Shown: piece by piece, positions 51,889 to 64,000 of the stretch
Numbering within the stretch: position 1 is the first letter of the stretch
Layout: every line of letters starts with the position of its first letter
Source: the human T2T-CHM13v2.0 reference genome, Homo sapiens
Length of the DNA stretch: 64,000 bases
Strand: one strand, 5' to 3'
NCBI RefSeq assembly: GCF_009914755.1
Contig: NC_060927.1
The notes under the pieces: model-generated
The model's input: only the letters and a program-made list of their open reading frames with translations
What the model was told of the DNA's origin: nothing
Databases searched by the model: none
Translations under genes and position numbers: made by a program

Positions 51889-52353
51889 TTACATTGTGGT
51901 TCCCCCAGCATGATTTATCAGAAAGGAAAAATTTACAATATGCGTATTTCCTATGCACAGGCTACTGCTATGAATTGAAATTCTTAAATTCCAAAGATTA
52001 ATTAAAATGTTTCTTAAGACACATAAACTGTTAGAATCTGCTTATAATGAGGCTGAAGTTGAGTAAGAAGAGAACTGGCATTTAGGACACTACTTTTCTT
52101 CTGTCGAGTACTTTCAAGTTTTGGTTCTGCCTGGAAGTAGATGCACCTCAAGGGAGGGTTGCATGTAAAGTGTGTGTGTGTGTGTGGTAGTTTCCAAAGA
52201 TGGGTACAACTTTCTGCAAATGCTCGTGCAGTGTAATTGAAGCAATCTTTCCTTTAAGAGGTAGAGTTTATACTCCTCTACATGAATCTGGGCTGCCTAT
52301 GACTTGCTTTGGCCAGTGGAATGCTGCCAAAGTGATGGTGACCAACTTCTAGC

Positions 52354-53126
<773 letters not shown>

Positions 53127-54108
53127 ATAGTCTTAGGCCTTGAGAGCCCTCTCGTAGTTTCCATATTTTTGCCCTCTTGGATGCTGGCACCAAGCAAACC
53201 TTGGCTATCCTGCTTAAAGGGCCATTTGGAGAGGGGCTCTGGAGGGCGAGGGGCCACATGGAGGAAAACAAGTTTCCCCGGCTGACAACCAGCACCAACT
53301 GCCAGGCACGTGCATGAGGCCATCCTGGATGTTCCGCCCAGCTGGCCCTCCAGCTGCAGGTAGCCACACAAATGAGCCCAGGTTAAACCAGCCAGGAAGT
53401 CCCCATACAACTCACAGGTTCATGAGCAATAATGGCTTGTTGTGGTTTAAAGTTTCTAATTTTAGGTGCAATAGGTAACTGAAACAGCCCACAAGGGTGT
53501 GAGCCTGTGGAGGGTGCATTTCCCACCTGCTGAAGCTTCTCAATTCCCAGCATCCAATCCAGATAAGACTCTTGTTCTCAGTGTCCTTGATGGAAATGGC
53601 AATGAACTTTTTGCAGATTGGACCATCTCGGGAATCCCAAAGATCGGAAACTATTTTCTTTCTCAGAATCTTCCACACAGCATTGAGCCTTAGGAATTTC
53701 TAAGAAGGATCTGGAATGAAAAAAAATCTTTTGAAAAGGTATCTGTATAGCTTCAGTTTAGCAAGATTCATGGTGGGTATTAACACCACTAAGTGCTGGT
53801 GTTAAGCCAAACCATGTTTTTCAAAGACTCATCTGGCCTCAAGGTTGGTGGGATCAGAGTGGCCTCCCAGGATCTATCACATCCTCAGAAGAGTTGGTTC
53901 AACTGGCATGTACCCAGATCTCTTTGAGCTAGTATGATGCTCCCTTGAGTCAAAGGCTGCCACATCACATCTCCTTTAAGTCCCCCTAAGTACGACCCCA
54001 GAAGTATTGACAAAATAGTGCTATTCCTGAAGATTTCAGGAGGACATAAATGAAGAGACTAAACTGCAAGGTACCAAAACTTCCATCTTTGCTAAAGACC
54101 CTCATCCA

Positions 54109-54406
<298 letters not shown>

Positions 54407-54659
54407 TTATCCAATGGTCATGCCACTCTATCTGGCCATGTAATTTCTCCTCCTGTCTTTCTGTAGCAACAGCCTTCTGAGGAACCTCACTCTGCCGTTC
54501 AAAACCCCTTCAACTTGTACCCTTCATCAGCAAAGTATTTAGCTCAACATGTATGCCTCTGGGGGAACTCATCCACATGCCATGTAAGGATATTTCCAGC
54601 AACATCATCTTCACTATCCCAGGACAGCATTTTAGAGTGGATTTCGTGCCTGCTGGATG

Positions 54660-55211
54660 TGTTGTACTTGAGCGAGTTAGAGAAAATGCCACACTTTGAG
54701 ATGAATTAAGAGTCTGTTTATTTAGCCGGCGGCCAGGAAATGGCTAACGTTTAAAGTTCTCTCGGCCTCAAAGAAGGGGCTAGATTTTCTTTTATACTTT
54801 GGTTTAGAAAGGGGAGGGGGGTCTAGTTAAAACAATTGTACAGAAGTAGGCAAAAAAGTTAAAAGGATAAATTGTTACAGGAAAGTAAACAGTTCTAGGT
54901 CTAGGGGCTTTAAGACTATTACAAGGTGATAGACGCGGGGCTTTGGGCGTTATCAATTGGAGGAATTCCTGGGAACTGCGGATACTGCTCGCCACAGTAT
55001 CTTATCAGTTAATTGCATTCTTAGATGTGCTGGGAGTCAGCTTGCACTAGTTAAGTCCTTGAGGAAGGGGCTGCCAGTGAAAGAGCCAAGATGGAGTCTG
55101 TCTGGCTCTCTTAGCTAAGGGAGAGTCAATTCAGGTGGAAATAAGGCTAGGTGATTAAAAGAAAGGGAGAGTCTAAGAACAGAGTTAGTAAAAACAAGGT
55201 TGGGCATTACA
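54660..55211 (-). mobile_element. HERV-T 3' LTR (LTR6)
   Basis: TGTAATGCCCAACCTTGTTTTTACTAAC...CTCAAGTACAACA. Confidence 0.9.
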
Positions 55212-55234
55212 TTCCTCACTCGTGTTTTTGGGGA

Positions 55235-56265
55235 ATCAAATTGTTGATTCTTCAGTTATAACAAGGGGGTTATATTGAGTCTTAAGATACATAAGTTTGA
55301 CAGAAGCTACGTGTTGTTTTACAAAATTAATAAACTAATTTAATATACAAGGTCCAAAAATTACTTAATAGTAGGATGGGGAGGGGGTCTAGCTAACTTA
55401 GTAATTAGAATAGTTAGCTCTGGGTTCTAGTTGAACATGCTTTGATACTAGGGGATGTTATTTTCTTGTTCTTGTTGGCTCTTATCTAGATTTTCTTGCC
55501 CTTTCTGGAGTGTATCTTTTATGACTAAGAATGGTGGAGGAACAGTTAAATCAACTTTGTCAGGGTGTTTCTGGAACATAGGGTTACTTAGATCAGTTAA
55601 AGGCCTGATTGGCTTGGGTGGGCTTTATGAGACTAGGGTTTTTTTGGATGGTGAACATAGTCTTAACATTAAATCCTGGGATATAAAATCTTAATCTTCA
55701 TGACATGCCATGATACTATTGAGTTGAATTAAGGTCATGGACAGCTATAGTAAGAGGATTACAATTTTTCTAGTACATAATTTAGGATGAGAAGCACGAC
55801 TTGTGGAAAGAGTTGAAGATCTGGTTGATCTTTTAGAGTAGGTGGCTAAAGTTACATATGTCTAATCAGGGCAGGAAAACTGATAAGTATCTTGACAGCT
55901 AACATCAGGGTGATTTCTAGGACAGAGGTAAAAGCCAATATTTTGGAGTCTTTTTTCTGCACTTTTGGAGCTCCCACACTTAGTTTGGCTCTTGGAGTGT
56001 CTGAATCTTGCTGCAAGGTCGACACTTCCTGCTCCTGGGACCGACAGATTGTGTTGCTTTTCGTGGGTATGGGCTGGCTTTGGGAATAGTACAAATAAAT
56101 CAACTGCAAAGGAGACTTCCTTGGAGGTACTGGCCTTCTAAGTGGTGTTTGCAAATACACGTCCTGTTGTGAAAGAGGTGAGGAGAAAGGAGTAGGAAGG
56201 CACAGAGGATGTAACGGGCAAAAACAAATAAGTGAGGTAGTAAAAAGAATGAATCTAATGGCTTC
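55235..56265 (-). pseudogene. env: HERV-T env remnant, centrally deleted
   Basis: Lies between IN and the 3' LTR and is only about 1 kb; boundaries approximate. Confidence 0.6.
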
Positions 56266-56269
56266 ACCT

Positions 56270-58337
56270 GACTTAGGTGCAGTTTTAAGGGCCTGACTTA
56301 GGCCTGGGGACTTATGTTTTTAGCTGGGCTCTGTTGGCCTTTTTGATGCGGGAGTGATGAATCTAAGCAGGAAGGCTGTCTACTTTCAGAGCCATTGGCG
56401 TCGTGAGGATGACGGTGTGAGGTCTTTTCTAAGCAGGAGCGAGTCTTTCTTTTTGGAACTTTTTAACAAACACTAGGTCTCCTGGCTGGAACGAATGGCA
56501 GGACTTTGGTCAGGAATTGGATTGGGATGGGCTCCTCGAACAAGTGGCAGGATGACATCTTGTACCTGTTGGAGAGACTATAGGTACTGCAACAAATTAG
56601 TTTGCGATATTTCTGCTAATTTGGCATCTCTTAGCTTAGGCAAGATAGGCGGTGCCTTCTTATACATGATTTCAAAAGGTGAGAAATTTGCCGGGTAAGG
56701 GTGCACCTTACTTTAAGTAGGGCTAAAGGAAGGAGACTTACTTAATTTACACTATTTTTTTAAGATTAATTTTGTAGGAGTGTTTTTTAGGGTGTAGTTC
56801 ATGCTTCCTACTTGCCTGGAGCTCTGGGGTTGATAGGCACAATGGAGCTTCTGTTGAATGTTTAATGCCTTACTGACTGACTGAGCTATAGGCGAGGTGA
56901 AGGCTGCTCTATTATCAGACTTTATGGCAGCAGACAGCCTATATTGAGGGATGATTTCATTGAGTAAAAACTTAACTACTGTGTTGGTGGTTTCGTTTTT
57001 GGTAGAAAATGCCTTAGTCTATCTGGAGAAGGTGTCTACTAGTACTAGAAGGTATTTGTACTTAGTCTGGTGTGGTTTTACTTCTGTAAAGTCAATTTCT
57101 TTTTTCTTGGTGAGTTTTTTCAGAGACAGTGGCCTGGGCTGGGTTTAGGACTTTGTTTGGCATTTATGTGGGGGCAGGTTGTGCACTGGAGAGCTGCTTA
57201 ATCTGTTAGGCTTTGAAGATGGGGGATCTTAAAATGCCTCTGGAGGAGCTGAGGTAGCTTTGCTCTTCTTAAATGGGTGGTAGACTGTAGGTAACTGATT
57301 AAAGTTTCTTTAAGAGTTCAGGGTATGAAGATTCCAGAGTCAGGAAGAATCTACTAACTTTCCTGATTTTTATTGGCTTTGAGATCTGAAGCCAGTTTTT
57401 TTGTTGTTGAGTATACGGGATTGTCAGGCAGATCTGGCTGTGGAAAGGAGACTGTGGGCAGCAAGTTTAGAGGCGTGACTGAAAGTCTCGCTGCGACCTG
57501 AGCTGCTGAATCAGCTTTCTGTTTACTGTGGGCAATGGCTGTGTTTTCTTTTTGATGTCCTTTGCAGTGGATCACAGCTACCTGCTGAGGTGAGTAGCTT
57601 GCTTTCCTGGTAGATGGCTTTACGTACATGCACAGTAGCAAAGGTGTACTTGCTGTCACTGTAAATGTTAATACGTTTTTTCTACTTTATTGGAGAGCCT
57701 GAGTGAGGGCGATCAATTCAGCCTTTTGTGCGGAAGTGTTCGCTGGTAAAGCTTGAGCTTACAACACATCTGTCTCCGTGGTAACAGCTGCACTGGCTTT
57801 TCATACTTCCTGCTTGAGGAAGCTGCTACTGTCTGTGAACACGGAGGCATCTGCCTCTTCTAGGGGCACATCTTGAAGATCAGAGCAGCCAGTTTTGATA
57901 GTTTCTAACAGTTCTTGACAGTCATGAGCAGGAATAGTGCAGTCTGAGTCAGGAAGTAGTGTAGCTGGATTGAAACACTTTGAGGGAGAGAAAGTCAAAC
58001 GAGGCTGATCTAACAGTAAACTTTGATACTGCAAGATGCGAGCATTTGACATCTATTTGCCAGAAGCATTTTGTAGTAAGGTCTTTATGGCATGAAGAGC
58101 TGTAAGGGTTAAATTTTGGCTTAGAGTTAACTTATCATCTTCTTGGGCCAGGCTTGCTATAGCCGCTAAGGCTCGCAGACAACTTGGCCATCTACAGGCC
58201 ACAGGATCTAGCCTCTTAGATAGACCACTGGGCATCTTTAGGGTATTAGAGTCTGAGTAAGGCACGTCTTTAGCAACCCTTTGGCTTTTATGGAGATATT
58301 GGGGAGGGCTAAAGCAGGGGCTTCAGTTAATGCTAAA
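56270..58337 (-). pseudogene. pol: HERV-T pol remnant (connection, RNase H, IN)
   Basis: EAPALALP, SKRLDPVA, VIHCKGHQ, YKYLLVLVDTFSR*TKAF, SDN, HCAYQPQSS. Confidence 0.85.
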
Positions 58338-59704
58338 TTAACGGGATATTTCATTCTGTACTTCTTGGATAGCTGCCACTAAGATTTTTGTTTGTCTTTT
58401 GAATGCTTTATCAGCAGCCTTTTCAGCTGCCTGTGTTGCTTGTTTTTGTTTTTTAAACTTTTGATGGTCAAAAACTTTTTGGGCTATTTCTGAAAGCTGA
58501 CTGATATTTATTCTAGCAAAGCTTTCTAGTTTTTGGAGTTTCTTTTTAATATCCGGGGCTGCCTGAGCCACAAATGCTAAATTAAGAGCACGGCTATTTT
58601 CGGGAGCTGCCGGGTCAAAAGGGGTGTAAGTCTGATAAGCCTCCTGGAGGCGCTCTAAAACGTTCTTGGTGACTTATCGGGCCTTTGGACAACTTCGGTC
58701 GTCTTAGACAAGTTTATGGGTTTCTGAGCGGCTCTTTTAATACTTGCGAGGAGATACCGGTGAAAATCGTCTAAAGCTCCCTTTCTACTTGAGGAATTTG
58801 GGTCCCAGTTAGGCTGGGTAGAGGGAAAGACCTCCTCAAGGAGGTCTCTAGCTTCTCCTTCCGGTCCACTGGCTGATGTGAGGAAGTACTTTTTGGCTTC
58901 TTTTCAGATACGTTCTTTCTTTTCAGAGGTGAAAAGGGTTAAAAGGAGCTGTTGGCAATCATCTTAGGTGGGTGAGTGAGTCCGGAGTACAGACTCTGTC
59001 AGAGAGGTCAAAGCCTGGGGCTTTTCAGAGAAGGGAGGATTATAAGTTTTCTAATTATATAAGTCAGAAGCAGAAAAAGGGACACAAACTAAGAAGGGTG
59101 CTGAGCGCTCGTCACCTGGAGGGACTTGTGCCTCTCTCAGTGGTAGTAGAGGGGCTACTTCTTCCTGCCTGCCACGGTCATGATTGAGAGGCAATGGGTG
59201 GCGAGCCTACAGGGGACGTCGTCGAGGAGACATGGGATAACTTTAAGGGAGCAGGCTGGTTGTAAGGCCGTGGGACTGGGTGAGGGAGACTCCCCCCTTC
59301 TTCAGAGGGAGGCAGTACAGGGGAAGCTGAACCGGCTGAGGGTGGAGGCGAAAACGCGGTCTGGCTTAGGAGGACCTTGGAGGTAGAATTATGAATGGCG
59401 CATGAATGGAGCCATGGAGGGGGGATCCTGACTAATCTTAGCTATTGATCAATGTAGGGAAACTGATCAGGGTGGCTAGGAGTTTCAGTAACAACCTGCC
59501 ACACAGCTTGAACAATTGTGAGGTTCAATGACCCTTCAGGGGGCCACTTGACTTTAAACTTTGGCCATTTTATTTTGCACAGTGTCTGGAGCTTGCCTTT
59601 TTTAAGGCGGACTTTATAATCCTCTGAGGAACTGAGAGGAAAATTCTGCAGCATACATTGGAGAGGGCTTTAACTTTATAAGGCTGGGAGGAAGTGTTTC
59701 TTAT
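58338..59704 (-). pseudogene. gag: HERV-T gag remnant (MA-CA)
   Basis: LQTLCKIKWP...HPDQFPYIDQ*; QAAPDIKKKLQKL; start appears to be ATGGGA changed to ATAAGA. Confidence 0.85.
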
Positions 59705-61513
59705 TTTTTTTTTGAAGGCAATTTAATAAGATTTGAGCATAGACTTAGCATGGACAGAGAAACTTATTTCTTGGGGGACTAGAGTAGTGAAAGAACAGAA
59801 GCAACATGACTAGAAAGAGCAGAAAAACTACAACAGCTAATACTACTTGCTACATTACTGTAGCTTTAAGATTGAGGGAGGAGGACTAGAGCCAGCCTGA
59901 GATCTTCTGGGTCAGTTTGATCTAGGCGTTCTTCTTCTTCTTCTTCTAGATCTGCACTTTAAGTACTTTTGGTGTCTTTATGACTTAAAGGCAAATAGCT
60001 TAAACTTAGCTTTTTCTTTTAAGGGTTTAAGGAGTGAGAGCAGAGCCAAGTCCTAGAGACGCTGAACTTGCTGTCGCACCAGAAAACGAGATGTGCGGGG
60101 TAGGGGACAGGGACGAGGTGGAAAAGGACTACTCGGATCATTTTTAAGGTGGGAGAGTAGCCACAGAGGAACAGAGTAAGAATCTAAACAAAGTAAAGCA
60201 GTACGGGTGTACGTTTCTTTACACAGTGTTCTACTTAAGGACACAGGAAAAGTTACAGAATGATAAAAGAGGTGAGCAAGGAAATCTGCAGGGTGGCTGT
60301 TTTGAACTCACTACTGGTTTAGTTTAGAGGAGGTCTAATCACTTGGACGTGGAGTATGACGATCTAAATACTTAGAACTTTCATGGTGCTAGAAATCTTA
60401 ATCAGGAAAATGTTTTTCACACTTGTTCTTGTAACAACACTTGACTTGGTTCTGGCAGAAAAGACAGGACTGTGGTGGCCAGCCTAAATGATTGATGAGA
60501 AATTTAACCTCCTGTGACAAAAAATCAGCACTAAGGACTTTGAAGAAGTTTTTACTTAGACGTCTTGGGCAATATCACCGTCCTGACATGCAAAACTTTC
60601 ACAACTACTAACAAGACAATAGAAACTGAACAGAACAATCAACATAAGGCAAACAATTGACTTTACAGCATGTAAACAGTTATGACAGTTTCTTCCTTTT
60701 TTTTTTTTTTTTTTTAGACAGACAAGGGGAGTGGTTCCTGTGATGGGATCAGTCAGATGCCTGCCTGGCCGCTCCCCCTGAGGGGACTTGGGCTCCTCTT
60801 AGCATTGGCAGGCCGGTATAAACTTCCGGCTCAGATCGAGCTATGCCTGATGCTGCCTTAAGCCTTATGAGGTCGCCAAGGAACCGCAGGTGAGGGTCTA
60901 CTTGAACTCCGTAGCTTTCGCCGTGGAGCTACAAACTGGAGGACAAGCGCAAGCCCTTGTCCTCCCTCATTCATTCATTATTCACAAAGAGTTTATAACA
61001 GTTTTTTTTTCTTTCTTGGAGATTCTTCAAGAAACTGGAACAAGAGAAAGATGAGAGATAGAAAAAGAGAGAGAGAGAGAGAGAGTGATCGGTCTGCCAG
61101 AAACCAGGACTCAGTCCTCCAGCATCCTGGGATGTGGACTGAGTCAAGAGAGGGCCCCTGTCAGGGCCACTTCCCTCCTAGAAAGAGACACAGAGGTGCC
61201 TAACAGAAAAACAGGGCTCTACCTTCTAGCGTCCTAGAGAAACGGGCAGAGTCAAAAGAGGGATGCCCTCATCAGGGCCGCTTCCCTCTTACTAGAACTG
61301 AAATCAAATCTGACCTACCTGACCTCGGGGTCAGAAGTTGAGGACTCAGAGGTGGAATTTTTGTGGGCATCCACACGGTAGTCGATCCGCTCTCCTCTGG
61401 AAGACGGTCACCTTTTGGGGACCTGAAAATTATTTTTCAGGTGGCACCCCCCCTACAAGCCGGCTGTCCTTCCGGGGGAGCCCGGAGCGAGCCCGGCTCT
61501 CGCCTGGTGGCGT

Positions 61514-61531
61514 TTCTCGCTCAGGCCTCCA
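61514..61531 (-). promoter_or_regulatory. Primer binding site, tRNA-Thr-like (HERV-T)
   Basis: TGGAGGCCTGAGCGAGAA just after the 5' LTR. Confidence 0.75.
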
Positions 61532-61533
61532 AA

Positions 61534-62085
61534 TGTTGTACTTGAGCGAGTTAGAGAAAATGCCACACTTTGACATGAATTAAGTCTGTTTATTTAGCTG
61601 GCGGCCAAGAGATGGCTAACTTAAAGTTCTCTTGGCCCCGAAGAAGGGGCTAGATTTTCTTTTATACTTCAGTTTAGAAAGGGGAAAGGGGTCTAGTTAA
61701 AAGAATTTTACAGAAGTAAAGTCGGCAAAAAAGTTAAAAGGATAAATTGTTACAGGAAAGTAAACAGTTCTAGGTCAAGGGCTTTAAGACAATTACAAAG
61801 TGATAGACGTGGGGCTTTAGGCATTATCAATCGGACAAATTCCTAGGAACTGCGGATATTGCTCGCCACAGTATCTTATCAGTTAATTGCACTCTTAGAG
61901 GTGCTAAGAGTCAGCTTGCACAAGTTAAGTCCTTGAGGAAGGGGCTGCCAGTGAAAAAGCCAAGATAAAGTCTGTCTAGCTCTCTTAGCTAAAAGAAAGT
62001 CAATTCAGGTAGAAACAAGGCTAAGTGATTAAAAGAAAAGGAAAGTCTAAGAACAAAGTTAATAAAAACAAGGTTAGGCATTACA
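61534..62085 (-). mobile_element. HERV-T 5' LTR (LTR6)
   Basis: Direct repeat of 54660-55211. Confidence 0.92.
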
Positions 62086-62277
62086 GATGGGGTTATCCTT
62101 ATATTCAGCACAGTGTTTGTTCTGAAACTTCGATGGAGTGCTCCTAGTTTGATAACTTGGACCATGCCAAATAAATTGAATTTATCTTTCTTAACAACAG
62201 ATGTTTGAATACAGCCTCGTGTCCCTCTCTGCTCCTTCCTGCCTTCCTCCTCTCCTCTTCCTTCCCTTCCTTTTCAA

Positions 62278-63394
<1,117 letters not shown>

Positions 63395-64000
63395 CTCTAG
63401 ATTTTTTTTTTTTTTTTTGACCATTGATTATTTGGTTTGACTTTCATTTTCTTCCCCATTGTGGTAGTCATTTTCTGAATGCCTGTTTGTTTGTCCATCT
63501 CTTTCCTCTGTAGTCCCTAGAGTCAGATGAACTCCTCTGCAGGTGCAATGGTGTAACACACTCTAGTGCTGAATTTTGAGCAGGAGAAAGAGAGCAAGAG
63601 TGACCAGTACCCTTGGAAACTCTGGCCTCCTGAGAATTTGGTGTCTTCTCTGCAAAGGTTGCAAACCTGTTAACCCACAGGCCGGAGAGAGAGACAAGCC
63701 AGAATCATGATCTGTTAAGCTTGAGTTTAATATTTGATGCACAGAGATCACTGAGTTTTTTGATAAGAATTAGAGGGGGAAGAAATGGCCACAGAGATCA
63801 CTTTCTATCTCCAGGTGAGGATTCAGGAGATAATTCTGCGAACAGAAATTCCTGAGAACTGAGATGGGGGAAATCGCTGGTATTAGAAGGGTGAAAAGGT
63901 CAGTAATTAAGGCTACGACTGTGCTCTTAGAGGCAAAAGAAGAAAATGAGACTGCCAGGCATGAATAATGAGAAATCTTTGATGGAATTAGCCATGCAGA

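Larger units (their letters stand above)
54660..62085 (-). mobile_element. HERV-T (HERVS71) provirus, internally deleted and hypermutated
   Basis: Two 552-bp LTR6-type LTRs, a tRNA-Thr PBS, gammaretroviral gag/RNase H/IN/env remnants, and a 4-bp TSD GATG at 54656-54659 and 62086-62089. Confidence 0.9.

Overview
Primate (human or great ape) genomic DNA that is almost entirely interspersed repeat, with no intact cellular gene. The only host-gene remnant is an unprocessed, disabled ENPP7-like pseudogene on the minus strand: exon 1 at about 45788-46033 and exon 2 at about 940-1083, with a roughly 44.7-kb first intron. This is the pseudogene type found in the ENPP7P/FAM86/ALG1L/OR7E segmental-duplication clusters; that locus assignment is an inference. 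The intron and upstream region hold a stack of minus-strand retroelements: an HML-2 LTR5 solo LTR, a MER52 LTR, and a two-LTR HERV-H provirus (15480-30531). The HERV-H contains a MER11 (HML-8) solo LTR and a near-full-length HERV-E provirus that has no 5' LTR yet is flanked by a 4-bp target duplication. There is also a full-length L1PA4-like element without a matching TSD and an internally deleted HERV-T (HERVS71/LTR6) provirus (54660-62085). The HERV-T carries APOBEC3-type hypermutation on both strands: G>A in the coding region and C>T confined to the 5' LTR U3. The HERV-E env SU has a cluster of Trp>stop changes. About 35 Alus and many older MaLR, MER, MIR and L2 fragments fill the rest. Repeat-family names come from recalled consensus sequences, not from a database search, and small-repeat boundaries are approximate.
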